A DNA stretch of 64,000 nt. Source: Octopus vulgaris. Its lineage: Eukaryota. The translations under genes and the position numbers were made by a program. Shown piece by piece: positions 40,522 to 53,985 of this stretch. Location of the stretch: NCBI GenBank assembly GCA_951406725.2, contig OX597829.1, positions 44,950,001 to 45,014,000 of the forward strand, read 5' to 3'. The notes beneath the pieces are model-generated. The model searched no databases, had not been told where the DNA came from, and worked only from the letters and a program-made list of their open reading frames with translations. Position 1 is the stretch's first letter, and each line of letters starts with the position of its first letter.

Positions 40522-41105
40522 AAGGCGGCGAGCTGGCAGAATCGCTAGCACGCCGGACGAAATGCTTAGCGGCATTTCGTCTGCCGCTACGTTCTGAGTT
40601 CAAATTCCGCCGAGGTCGACTTTACCTTTCATCCTTTCGGGGTCGATAAATCAAGTACCAGTTACGCATTGGGGTCGATGTAATCGACTTAATACCTATG
40701 TCTGTCCTTGTTTGTCCGCTCTGTGTTTAGCCCCTTGTGGGTAATAAAGAAATAGGTATTTCGTCTGCCTTTACGTTCTGGGTTCAAATTTCGCCGAGGT
40801 CGACTTTACCTTTCATCCTTTCGGGGTCGATAAATTAAGTACCAGTGACGTACTGGGGTCGATGTAATCTAATTAATCCGTTTGTCTGTACTTGTTTGTC
40901 CCCTCTATGTTTAGCCCCTTGTGGGCAATAAAGAAATAGGTATTTCGTCTGCCTTTACGTTCTGAGTTCAAATTCCGCCGAGGTCGACTTTACCTTTCAT
41001 CCTTTCGAGGTCGATAAGTTAAGTACCAGTTGCGTACTGGGATCTATCTAATCGACTGGCTCCCTCCCCCAAAATTTCGGGCCTTTTGCCTAGAGTAGAA
41101 AATAA
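40522..41105 (+). mobile_element. SINE family B with body triplicated at a 184-bp period
   Basis: atttcgtctgcc at 40574, 40758, 40942; single head aaggcggcgagctggcagaatc. Confidence 0.9.
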
Positions 41106-41137
41106 TATAAATTCTTGAGCATTTGTAACTAGCAACT

Positions 41138-41335
41138 GTGGAGGCGCGTGGCTCATGATCGTAAGATTGTGGTTTCTATTCCTGGACCGGGCGACGCGTT
41201 GTGTTCTTGAGCAAAACATTTTATTTCACATTGCTCCACACCACTAACCTGGAAAAATGAGTAATCCGGCGACGGACCGGCGTCCCGTTCATGATGGGAA
41301 TATATACGCCACAGGTACCGGAAAACTGGCCCTAG
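41138..41335 (+). mobile_element. SINE family C head with V-like body, partly deleted
   Basis: gtggaggcgcgtggc..ggtttctattcc; ccggcgacggaccggcgtcccgt. Confidence 0.7.
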
Positions 41336-41809
41336 GAGTCTTTGTGATATGGAATGGAGCTGTATTCATTTTTTTAAAACTTTTTCTTTTAACTAACAGC
41401 TCAAAGATATTTACCGAAAGAGAAGTTATGGAAAAAAGGCTGACGAGGACACCGGTATTTCAGAATGCCGTGCACTAGTGAGCTGAGTGTGTCGAACAAA
41501 CTTTCGTCATAAAAGGGAGAAGTCATTCTCTTATGATGTTCAGTACAGCGAATTTGCATATTGTGAGTCTGCACCTTTCAAGAATAAATATGCAAAAAAA
41601 AAACCCAAGAAAACTATGATATTTTGTATAAAACAATATTTTACTCGAATTCCTCCCTTCGAGCTAGAAATCCTTCTCTTGGAATACAAGCGCTTCATCG
41701 TTGAGAAACGCCTATAAGAAGCCACTTGGACCAAGTATTTTTCATGAGAGCACAAATAATCGTATGTTCGATACGTCAATTGACCAAAAGTTCCTACAGT
41801 TTGTGTATG

Positions 41810-41859
<50 letters not shown>

Positions 41860-41860
<1 letters not shown>

Positions 41861-42236
41861 TAGCAGTATCGCCCGGCGTTGCTCGGGTTTGTAAGGGAAA
41901 TAACTATAAAGCATTTTTAGAGAGTTATAGCCAAAAAATAGCAAAAAAATGGGGGAAAAAATGATGGTAAATTTTTTTTTGATAGTTAAAAAGGTCGAGT
42001 TGCGTCCCCTGTGGTTTGTGTTTCTGATTGTCGACCCCATGTCGAATTTATCGATCTTTTTCAGAACTGGGGGAACTTTTCAAAATTTTCGCTGCGTTAG
42101 TTTTGAATTATGACATTGGGCTATGTGTGTGTCAAGTTTCATCAGAATCGGTTGAAAGCCGTGGTCAGGGTGAGGGTACAAGCAAACAGACACACAGAAA
42201 CACGCACAGACAAACTGCCGTTTATATAGAGAGAGA
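41860..42236 (-). mobile_element. Non-autonomous Helitron; same 3' end as 5215-5799 but different 5' part
   Basis: ctagcagtatcgcccggcgttgctcgggt terminus; minus strand starts TC(tctctctatataaac). Confidence 0.8.
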
Positions 42237-42240
42237 TATA

Positions 42241-42440
42241 GGCGCAGGAGTGCCCATAGATGCAGGAGTGGCCATAGACGCAGGAGTAGCTGTGTGGTAA
42301 GTAGCTTGCTTACAAACCACATGGTTTCAGGTTCAGTCCCATTACGTGGCACCTTGGGCAAGTGTCTTCTACTATAGCCTCGGGCCGACCAAAGCCTTGT
42401 AAGTGGCTTTGGCAGACGGAAACTGAAAGAAGCTCATCAA
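42241..42440 (+). mobile_element. SINE family A 5' half with triplicated start
   Basis: (g)caggagtg x3 followed by ctgtgtggtaagtagcttgc. Confidence 0.8.
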
Positions 42441-43287
42441 ATATATATGTGCGAATGAGAGGGAAAGGACAGGAAAGGAAATAAAGGAAGAAAGAAAAGT
42501 AACAAATAGGGAAGAAAGAGAGAGACACTGGAAGAAAAGCGAGCGACAAAAAAATAGAAAAATGAAACAGGGAGAAAGAGAAAGAGAGGAATAAAAAAAA
42601 AAAACAAGGAAGGACAGAAAGAGATAAGGAAAGAAGAGGATGACGGTGAGAAAGAGAGGGAATCATGGGGAGAATAAGAAAGTGAAGGAGTGAGAAAAAA
42701 AGAAAATGTGAAAGAGCGAAAGCAGAAATGATGTGAAGGCGGTGGTGGGAGGAAAAGAAAAAAATGAAATGAGAAAGTAAATGAAAGAAAGGAGAGAAAA
42801 TTTGGAGTGAGACTGAAAGAGGAGAGAGAGAAAAAGACCGATCGGTTAACCGTTGGGTAGGCAGACAGACAGACAGGCAGACAGGCAGAGGGACAGACAG
42901 ACAGAAAGACGGATGGATAGACGGACGGATGGGCCGGACGAACAGACAGACAGAAAATTGACAGATAGATAGATGAGCGGATGGATGGATTGATTGATTG
43001 ACAGGCAAACAGGTAGGCAGACAGACAGACAGGCAGAGGGACAGACAGACAGACAGAAAGACGGACGGATAGACGGATAGACGGATAGACGGCCGGACGG
43101 CCGGACAGACAGACAGACAGACAGAAAGACGGACGGATAGACGGACGGAAAGGCCGGACGGACAGACAGACAAACAAATTGACAGATAGATGAACTGATG
43201 GATGGATTGCTTGATTGACAGGTAAACAGATAAGCAGACAGGCAGACAGACAGGCAGGCAGGCAGACCGACAGAAGGCAGACAGACC

Positions 43288-43898
43288 AAGGCGGCGAGCT
43301 GGCCGAAACGTTAGTACGCCGAGCGAACTGCGAAGCCGTATTTCGTCTATCGTTACGTTCTGAGTTCAAATTCCGCCGAGGTCGACTTTGCCTTTCATCC
43401 TATCGGGGTTGCTAAATTAAGTACCAGTTACTCACTGGAGTTGATGTAATCGACTTAATCCCTTTGTCCGTCCTTCTTTGCCCCACCCGCCTATGTTTAG
43501 CCCCTTGTGGGCAGTAAAGAAATAAAAAAAATCGTTAGCATGCCGGGCGGAATGCCTAGCGGTATTTCGAGGTCGACTTTGCCTTTCATCCTTTCGGGGT
43601 CGATAAATAAAGTACCAGTTACGCACTGGGGTCGATATAATTGACTTAATCCCTTTGCCTGTCCTTGTTTGTCCTCTCTGTGTTTAGCCTCTTGTGGGTA
43701 GTAAAGAAATAGGTATTTCGTATGTCTTTACTTTCTGAGTTCAAATTCCGCCGAGGTCGACTTTGCCTTTCATCCTTTCGGAGTCGATTGACTAAGTACC
43801 AGTTACGCACTGGGGTCGATATAATTGACTTAATCCATCTGTCTGTCCTTGTTTGTCCCCTCTGTGTGTAGCCCCCTTGTGTACAGTAAAGAAATAAG
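43288..43898 (+). mobile_element. Tandem SINE family B units (three Meta-like cores)
   Basis: gaggtcgactttgcctttcatcct x3. Confidence 0.85.
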
Positions 43899-44715
43899 AA
43901 GGCAGACAGACAGACCGACCGACAGATAGATAGATGGGTGGATGGATGGATGGATAGACAGAGGGACAGGCAGGCGGACAAATAGATAGACAGACAGACA
44001 GACAGACAGATAGTTAGATACGCGTTAATAGACACACACACACTCACTAACTGATGTACAGAGACGCATAAACAGAAACTTTGTGAGGGCGGCGGGGGGG
44101 GGGGGGTTAAGGAGGAAGAAGAGAACGAAGAAAAGAAAAGAAGAGGAAAAGGAAAAGGAAAAGGACAAATAAAAGAGAAGGGAAAAAAAAGGAAGAAAAG
44201 AACGAATGGAGAGAAAGGAAAGGAATGGAATGAAAGAATGAAAGAAAGAAAATGAAGAGAAGGAAGCGATGAAATGAGTAAATCGATAAAATGAACAGCG
44301 AAGAATTATTGGCAATTTCCAGTGCCATTACCCTTCGCTTCTATATCCATTATCATCACATGGGTTCTTGGTTCTTTCAGTACGTACTTCCCAGCACTAA
44401 AACTTCCTCTTCATACTCTTCTCCTCTTCCCAGCAACACCACCAACACCACCACCACCAACACCACCAACACCAACACCGTTTATGTCGAATTATCACTG
44501 ATAACTAATGTTTATTTTAACCAAGAATTTTTTTTGGATTTTTTTTTCCTGCTTTTGTTTTTTTTTTTTTCATCTCACTTTAATATTTTCTATTCAATTA
44601 TCATCATACTTACACTTGTGATAGCGCGTGAATGTGTTTATGTGTGTGTATGTATGTATGTATATGCATATAGATAGATAGATAGATATAGATATACATA
44701 TAAGGCGTGTGCGTG

Positions 44716-44817
<102 letters not shown>

Positions 44818-44880
44818 CATTCATACATCCATATATATATATACATATATATACATATGCACTCACATATATACGTGTGC

Positions 44881-44939
<59 letters not shown>

Positions 44940-45111
44940 ATGTATGTATGTATGTTTGTATGTATAGACATATATGTATACATTATACTTACAGAGCATT
45001 ATATATATACATATATATATATACATACATCCATTCATACATATGCACATATATACATATACACATATACACATATATATATACATATATACACACACAT
45101 ATATACATGTG

Positions 45112-45148
<37 letters not shown>

Positions 45149-45240
45149 GATTTAATAAGTTTTATTCGGATCCATGCGAAGTTCCGTAGTCTTGTCAAAC
45201 GAATCTAACTCGTCCAAATCGAATTTTCGCGCGCGCACAC

Positions 45241-45287
<47 letters not shown>

Positions 45288-45755
45288 GAGGAGAGAGGAA
45301 CCCTTCTTCCCTCTTACAACCCGTTTCATATTTCTCTGTCACTATATATATCAGTTTCCTCTCTTGGTTTTCTCTTTCTCTTTATCCCACTTTCCCTCTT
45401 TCTCTTTTCTCCCTTCCTTTCTTATCTCCCTTTATCTCTTTTCGCCTTTTACCTTCATTTTACTGTTCCCATGCACCTTCTCTCTTCACCTAAAATTGCC
45501 AATTGCTCATCGTTATTAAACATCTTCCGTCGTCGCTCACCCCTCACACCGCTTCTTTCACTTTCGACTGACTCTCCTCTATCACCTTCCTCTTTACTTT
45601 TTTTTCTCCCTTTTTATCAAACCGACGTTCACTTTCGCATATTTCTTCTTAACCTCTCCCTCCCTCTCTCTCTCTCTCTACCTATCTCTCTCTCTCTCTT
45701 TCTTTCTCTCTCTCTATCTGTCCCTTTATATATATAAATGTATGTATATATGTAC

Positions 45756-45863
<108 letters not shown>

Positions 45864-45934
45864 ATATGGAAAAAAGTCAAGATAGAAAATGCTAAAATAA
45901 TTTTATAAAAAACATTTCAGTACCGGTTTCAGTC

Positions 45935-45988
<54 letters not shown>

Positions 45989-47094
45989 GCTCCCTCTCTC
46001 TCTCTCTCTCTTTCCCTCTTTTCATCTTGACAATTCAGGAATCTCTGCTCTACTCCTTTTTCTTCTATTTTTGCTTTTTACTCACAATCTTTTAATCTGA
46101 CCATGGTTATCACATTTTCTATCCTTTTGAAATAAACATTTTTTTACTCTCTTTTTTTTTTTAATGGAGTTCACATTTAGGAAGAGAAAGAGAAAGAGAA
46201 AGAGAGAGAGAGGAGATAACAAGACAGAGAGTGAATAGAGAGAGAAGATAGAGAATAAATGGAAAGTGTGCATGTGCGCGTGCTCACGCGCATGTGTATG
46301 GCATATGTGTAGTGTTGGCAATAATATTCTGTATTACAGATAATACTGATATGACGTCATGCCATTTCGCCCCTCCCCGGGTTCTTCAGTTGTATAGTGA
46401 ATTTGACTTCTACTGTAAGCGTGACATCACTTTGAATATTGTCACAAACTAGCAATCGATTAAATCGATTCCAATGTTTGATTTCTACTTTAATTTATCG
46501 ACCCCCATCCCCCACGCCCCAAAACATAAAAGGTACGGAACAACTGCTTCAGGATATTTTGGCTGTCGCTGTTGCGTTTTCATCGATCCATCGCGTTAGG
46601 GTTAGGGTTAGGCTCGGTAAGCGTCTGCAAAACAGCAGTTCGAGCACATGTTAACACCCCCACTCTTTGGCTCGTACAGACTGAGTGATGAGATGAAAGT
46701 TTTACTGCTCTGTATGACACTCGTGTATCCGAAGAGCCGAGTTTTCAGCCACATTACAAAACTAATAATAATTTCTCACGGTTTAAGATCGTTGTATTCG
46801 TAGTTGGTCAATCCTAATCGGAAAGTCCAATGATCAATGCATCAAAGCAGTTCAAGCTGTCACCATCATGTCGTTTTTTCTAGGCGCAGAGATCTCAGGA
46901 GTGCATTATCTAACGCAATATTTTCATAGGCACCGTATTGTGATTTGAAGAAGGTTACCCGTGGTTTGCAAAAATGCTGAGCCTTGTTGAAACACTTATA
47001 GCTGTCCACTGCGTACTTCATATACCCTTATCTTAAAAACTGTCTCCATCATTTCAACGTATGTGCAGTTCAACAACTGTCTCCAGCATTTCAA

Positions 47095-47361
47095 CGTCAC
47101 ATGATCATGTGACCGAACAGACTATCAGATAGTGCTACACATCGCTGGTCACAATGCGCTTTGCTTTCAAATGACGCCATCCCGCTGGCCAACAGCAGAA
47201 AGAGTGAGAGAAAGAGTACAGCAGGAATTGCAACCACCCCCTGCCTGAGCCTTGCGGAGCTTTAGGTGTTTAAACACTCACAACGCCCAGTCTGGGAATC
47301 TAAACCGCGATCCTACGACCGCGAGTCCGCTGCCCTAACCACTGGGTCATTGCACCTCCAC
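47095..47361 (-). mobile_element. SINE family C head with a third body type
   Basis: ccgcgagtccgctgccctaaccactgggtcattgcacctccac; body aatgacgccatcccgctggc shared with 63545-63786. Confidence 0.75.
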
Positions 47362-47516
47362 AACGTATTTGTCTTAATTCTAAGACACTGTGGAGAATGT
47401 TCGACTGTATTATACAACTTTCGTTACTCACCGTTCCTAAAACACCACAGTGTCTCGAAAATCAGTGTGCATTACTCAGGAAAGATCAGAAGGACATTTC
47501 ACATAACCATTTATCT

Positions 47517-47749
47517 GTTTCTTTATTACCCACAAGGGGCTAAACATAGAGGGGACAAAAAGGGACAGACAAACGGATTAAGTCGATTACATCGACCCCC
47601 AGTGCGTAACTGGTACTTATTTAATCGACCCCGAATGGATGAAAGGCAAAGTCGACCTCGGCGGAATTTGAACTCACAACGCAACGGCAGACGAAATACG
47701 GCTACGCATTTCGCCCGGCGTGCTAACGTTTCTGCCAGCTCGCCGCCTT
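47517..47749 (-). mobile_element. SINE family B, full length
   Basis: Reverse complement of the 40522 unit; flanked by a repeated atttcacataaccatttatc (probable TSD). Confidence 0.9.
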
Positions 47750-48136
47750 ATTTCACATAACCATTTATCACTTCTCCATTAGATTTTTAGTTTTAGTCAA
47801 AATTTTTCTCATCGGAGAAAAAAAGCATGCCATGTTTTTATTCGTGAGGGATTTTAACCTTGCTAATTAACCGCTTGGCACAGATCAAACGGTTTTCCTG
47901 TGTCTCTGGACTCATGAGCCAGCCTCTCCTTAGTAAATACGACCTGCATCAAATATCTTCATGCATCACAGCTCTGACAGTCTACTCAGCCATCAGTTCT
48001 CTGGTCTTTATATTGAGTTTCTAGAATCAGTATCAATAATGTTTTGAACCCGTTGAAGGAATTGCAATGCCCTTAAATATTCAGAACTTTTAGACTGCTT
48101 AAATTTTTGTCTGTCTGTCTCTCTCTCCCTCTCTCC

Positions 48137-48195
<59 letters not shown>

Positions 48196-48551
48196 AATAC
48201 AGTGGAAGCATTCCCGCCAGAGGTTTCTAATTCCTCCGAACATTTTTTTGTACAAAAAAAAAAAAAAAACGATTCAGCGAGTTGGCAATTTCTGTTTTCC
48301 GCACTTACGGTGATAATGACTGCATGCCTATTTATTTATTGTGTTGGCAATTTATATGTGGGGAGGGACCCGAAAGAAATAAAATCTTTTTAATTGGTCT
48401 GTACAGAGTAATGCGCTAATAATTGATTGTGAGCAAATACACCTCTCCGTCCCCACCCCACATATATACGTCCTGTTCTTGTCACATTTTTTCTTTCCTT
48501 GTTTTTACCCCTCTGCAGAGGAATTTTATTTAATTCTTTTGCAGGAAGGAT

Positions 48552-48636
48552 TGGTTCGGCGGCTCGTGTTCTGTCCTTACCTTCGAAACACGCATTGAGT
48601 CGAACCAGGGACAGCTGATGAAGGGGAATATCCCTT
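48552..48636 (+). ncRNA. Hammerhead-like motif with crossed (pseudoknotted) strand order
   Basis: CGTG-T-T-CTGTCCT(T) / CCTTC-GAAA-CACG / (A)GGGACAG-CTGATGA-AGGGG; stems I and III pair exactly at the core, stem II is weaker. Confidence 0.6.
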
Positions 48637-48748
48637 GTATTGTTTGTCTTGTACTCTGTTTTTTTGTTGTTAAAAAAAGTCCGTTTCCTAGTTTGTTTTT
48701 ATGTTTTCGTTTCTCGTTGAGTTCTATGTTTATGTGTGGTGTCCTGTA

Positions 48749-48814
<66 letters not shown>

Positions 48815-48967
48815 TGTATACACACATGTAGATGTAGGTACGTACATACATGTATGTATGTATGCATATATTTTATTTATTAATTTATTGTATGACTGAG
48901 CGCCCTCGCGTCGTTTCGTTTCGTTTCTTTTCTTTTCACCAAGTAAGTTTTTATATATATATATATA

Positions 48968-49363
48968 CTAGCAGTATCGCCCGGCGTTGCTCGGGTTTGT
49001 AAGGGAAATAACTATATAAGCATTTTTAGAGATGTAAAGTATAATAGCCATCTCAATATGGCTAACCACAAAGAGGGGGGTGTTACTGTAGCTTTTTACG
49101 TTCTGAGATTTATTAATAAATTTTTAGAGAGTTACTTCCCTTATATATGCCAAAAATGCATTAAAAATGGGAAAAATTGATGGTAATTTTTCTTTTAATC
49201 GTAGACTCATCGTAGACGCGTGCTAATACCCAGAAGGGCTCGATATGAATGACGACTATAAGATACCCGGTTTTGGTTAAACTGCACCGCAAAATGTGGG
49301 AGTAGTTAGGAATCTAAATCGTAGGAGACAGACAGCACACAACCTCACTTTTATATATAAAGA
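48968..49363 (-). mobile_element. Non-autonomous Helitron (same family as 5215-5799)
   Basis: CTAG and hairpin at 48968, TC start at 49363, inside (TA)n. Confidence 0.85.
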
Positions 49364-49574
49364 TATATATATATATATATATATAAGTATTTAGTAAGGG
49401 TTTTGCCAAACGTTTACCATTTTTGATGCTAGGTATTCAATATAGGTAATTCAACAAACAGTTAATTTATAAATCCAGTAATATTCTCATAAGATAAGAA
49501 TTTACAGATATATTCCGTTGGATTATGGTAGACATATTACCATAACCATATACGTTTCCTGGAGTATTTGATAT

Positions 49575-49735
<161 letters not shown>

Positions 49736-50119
49736 GATTATTACGAAGTTGCATAACATTACTGTTAATTCCTTTTTGTATTATATATAAAGCTTCAAAT
49801 AAACCTACACGTGTTTCAACTGCATTGATTAGAAACCGTCGTAGCTGTATGCTTACTATAAAACCGGTGCATTTTTTTCAGGGTCTTCCTATGATACCCT
49901 TTGAATGGCTTTCGCTTTTTCATACACACAGTATCAATGTCCGCATCGTAATTATAATCATCACCATCATCATCACTACTATATCTCTTAGTTTCTTTCT
50001 CTCTCTCTCTCTCTCGCACTCTCTCTCTCTCGCACTCTCTCTCTCTCGCACTCCCTCTCTCTTTCTGACTTTTTCTTCTACTGCTTCCCTTGCTCAACAA
50101 CTTCGCCTACACACACACA

Positions 50120-50660
50120 GCTACGACCACCCATACAACCATCACCAGCACCACCCCACCACCAGCACCACCACCAGAACCACAACCACCATCACCTCCA
50201 CCACTACCACCTCCACCACCACTATCTCCAACACCAACACCTCTACCACCACCACCACCACCACCACCACCACCATCATCATCATACCCCACCCCACCAC
50301 CACCACCACAATCTCTAACACTACCACTGATACCACTACCACCGACACCGCCACCGCAACCATCACCACTACCACATCCACCCACACCACCACCATCTGC
50401 AACACCACCACCACCACCACCGACCTACCACCTCCACTCACACCACCACCAACACCACCACCACCACCACCACTACCACCTCAGCCATCTCCAAAACCAC
50501 CACCACTATCACCACAACCACCACCACCACCACCACCACTACCACCACAACAACCACCACCACCACCACCGATACCACTACCACCTCCATCACCACTACC
50601 GGCACCACCACAACCATCAACACCACCACCACCACCACCACCACCACCACCGACACCACT
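50120..50660. repeat. Degenerate (ACC)n trinucleotide tract
   Basis: Directly visible; source of the poly-P/T/H ORFs. Confidence 0.9.
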
Positions 50661-50901
50661 GCTCCCAGCTTCAATAATAACCACTAAAACACTAACAGCA
50701 ATCCACTGATATTCCAGTTAATCTTACTGATCGATAATTCTCTGCATAATGCGTGATTAATTTAATCATCTTACACTTCTGACTTATTAATTACGTCCAG
50801 TCGACTCATTGAAGCGTACATACATTTATACGCACGTGCACACATATCTACATATATGCATATTTATACATACAAACATACATACATATATATGCACAAG
50901 T

Positions 50902-50938
<37 letters not shown>

Positions 50939-50986
50939 TATACATATATATACACACACACACTCAAATATATACATACATACATC

Positions 50987-51021
<35 letters not shown>

Positions 51022-51027
51022 TGTATG

Positions 51028-51070
<43 letters not shown>

Positions 51071-51273
51071 TCACAAATATCCACATATACACGGAAATAT
51101 GATATATATCCTTACATATTTACATTCAACTGTAAATACATTCAACTCGTACATATATACACACATGCAAAAACACAGAAACACAGAAACACAAACACAC
51201 AAACGCACAAACGCGCACACACACACACGCACTCACTCACACACACACACACATGTTGAATGTATGTAAGTAC

Positions 51274-51353
<80 letters not shown>

Positions 51354-51366
51354 ATATATATATATT

Positions 51367-51397
<31 letters not shown>

Positions 51398-51400
51398 TTA

Positions 51401-51450
<50 letters not shown>

Positions 51451-51813
51451 AATAAGAAAATGGAGAAGCACATTAGTTGGTTCATCAACTTTATGTATAT
51501 ATATATATATATCTTATTCAAAAGTACTTAACACACAAAGCAGAATTCAAAATTGTTCATTTTGAATTTAGGTGCAAGTCCAACAAGTTTGAAAGAAATG
51601 ACTTAACCGACATCTTTACCACTTCTTCGCATACTTGATTTCAATTCTATTCCTCTTGACACCTGTTAGATGAAAGGTACAGTTGACATCAATGAAATGT
51701 GAAGTTGGAAACTGAACTGAAGAGCCGTGCAAGTCATTTCGTTCGATGCACTAACGATAGTTCTATCAAATCAACCACCTTCAATAATTGCGTCTAATTT
51801 AAGAACAAGGCCG

Positions 51814-51975
51814 AAGGCGTCGAACTGGCAGAATCGTTACCGTACCGAACAAAAATGCTTAGCGGCATTTCGTACATCTTTGCGTTCTGAATTCAAATTT
51901 CATCCTCTCAAGGTCAAAGAAATAAGTACCAGTTGAGCACTGGGGGACGATGCAATAGATTATCCCCCTTACCCA
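51814..51975 (+). mobile_element. SINE family B, internally deleted
   Basis: aaggcgtcgaactggcagaatcgttac head. Confidence 0.75.
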
Positions 51976-51999
51976 TAGTTTCAGGCGTTATACCTGAAG

Positions 52000-52001
52000 T
52001 A

Positions 52002-52070
<69 letters not shown>

Positions 52071-52097
52071 CATCATCATCATCATCATCATTATTAA

Positions 52098-52190
<93 letters not shown>

Positions 52191-52196
52191 TATTAA

Positions 52197-52280
<84 letters not shown>

Positions 52281-52290
52281 CATATTATTA

Positions 52291-52361
<71 letters not shown>

Positions 52362-52525
52362 CATTATTATAGACGTCGCACAGTATACAGGCAGTAGTTT
52401 ACTCAATATGTGTGCAGTTCCAAGTAATGCCGACTTTTGCAATACACTTTAGTTTGTAGGGTATTTCTAAACTTTTCAGATGTTTTTTTGTTATTCAGAA
52501 TGGGTGGTATTTAACCCAATGCTCT
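52000..52525 (-). mobile_element. R4/Dong-like RLE LINE extreme 3' end with (AAT/GAT)n tail
   Basis: LQKSALLGTAHILSKLL matches IQKIALLGTAHILRRTL at 58274-58498; followed by (AAT)n on the minus strand. Confidence 0.7.
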
Positions 52526-52831
52526 GATAACTTTCATAATATTTTCAGTCGTGTTTGTTTGTTCGAGGACAAGACATCTCAAGAACCACTGGATGGATTC
52601 GGATGAAACATTCAGGGATGTTTGGCTTCGTCACTGACACGAACTGGATTTTGGGTACCGGACAAAAATCCTGGCTGCTATTATTATTATTGTTATTATT
52701 ATTATTATTATCATCATGATCATCATCACCACCACCACCGCCGCCGTCGTCGTCGTCGTCACCATCATCACCACCACCACCACCACCACCACCACCACCA
52801 CCGCCGCCGCCGCCGCCGTCGTCGTCGTCCA

Positions 52832-53042
52832 CCTGGCTAGCAGAATCGTTACTGCGCTTGACAAAATGCTTAGCGGTATTTCGTCTGTCTTTACGTTCTA
52901 AGTTCAACTTTTGCCGAAGTTGACTTTGTCTTTCATCCCGTTGGGGGTCAATGAAATAAGTATCAGCTGAGCACAGGGTGTCGATGTAATCGACTAGCCC
53001 ACTCCTGTCAAATTACGGGCCTTCTCTCTGCAGCAGAAAGAA
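52832..53042 (+). mobile_element. SINE family B
   Basis: gcagaatcgttactgcgc..aatgcttagcggtatttcgtctg..ctttcatccc. Confidence 0.8.
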
Positions 53043-53101
53043 CTGAAGAATGAGGCCAGCAATTATTAAAGAAAAATCTTTAGTCCTTACCATTCAACCC
53101 A

Positions 53102-53176
53102 ATACATGACCGATACAATATTTTATACATGACCGATACAATATTTTATACATGACCGATACAATATTTTATACAT
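53102..53176. repeat. Three tandem 23-bp units atacatgaccgatacaatatttt
   Basis: Starts at 53102, 53125, 53148. Confidence 0.9.
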
Positions 53177-53189
53177 ACATACATATCCT

Positions 53190-53560
53190 TTTGATGTTGT
53201 TGAAATTCCAATATCTTCTGTCATTTTGTGGGCAAACCTATTATTCTCTGCTCATAGAATTTCTTGCCTTTACAGGCGAAAAACCTTTTTACACCCCACT
53301 CTAAAGCTGAAGGGCTTTCCATTCAAGGAATTTTGGAAAGATCGAAGCTGGTTAAAACCTAGAGGTGCAAGGATGGGCAAATATTCCAGCCAAGCTTCAG
53401 TAACTTCTGCCACTTTTGCAAAGAAGTGTTCTGTCTGAACACAGCGCATATATTTCTGCAAGTTTCAGCCGCTTCTTCGCCTTTTAAAAAACATGAGGTG
53501 TCGATAATGTTAGTTTTGGCTCTCCATTTCCAAAGTGAGGTCAAGCACATAAAGCACATT
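53190..53560 (-). pseudogene. Internally deleted mariner transposase fossil
   Basis: Minus strand HYRHLMFF / KGEEAAETCRNICAVF (HTH) fused to QKLLKLGW / LAP..LRSFQNSLNGKPF / FYEQRIIGLPTK*QKILE. Confidence 0.75.
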
Positions 53561-53826
53561 CTGCCTTGTTGCAAGCTCGTGTCGAACTACGTTGAAGTGT
53601 CAACTATCTAACGAGTTCGCATACCCGAAGAAACAGGCTGGAGTTAGCTGCTTCTCTGAATTCTTGAAGTTTAGTATCGATAGAAATCGAATGTTTTTGG
53701 ACAGCTAAATAGCTGCATGGAAATCTTCTCACGGTATTACCTAAGCATAAGACATATCGTGGCTGGAACATTATATAACTATGCACTTGTTATCATGGAC
53801 AATGAATCAAGATACACACACACATA

Positions 53827-53868
<42 letters not shown>

Positions 53869-53926
53869 TATGTGTGTGTCTTGATTCCTTGCGCCCCACG
53901 ACACTCGACAACCGATGTTGGTTTAT

Positions 53927-53985
<59 letters not shown>

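Noticed and set aside
45905-45936. Minus-strand cgact-GAAA-ccg-GTA-ctgaaatg half hammerhead
   Set aside because: The CUGANGA half is missing (replaced by (TA)n); cannot be supported
49825-50709. 294-aa Thr/Pro-rich ORF resembling a mucin, extensin or formin FH1
   Set aside because: Explained by the degenerate (ACC)n tract, open in several frames on both strands, with no flanking domain or convincing splice structure
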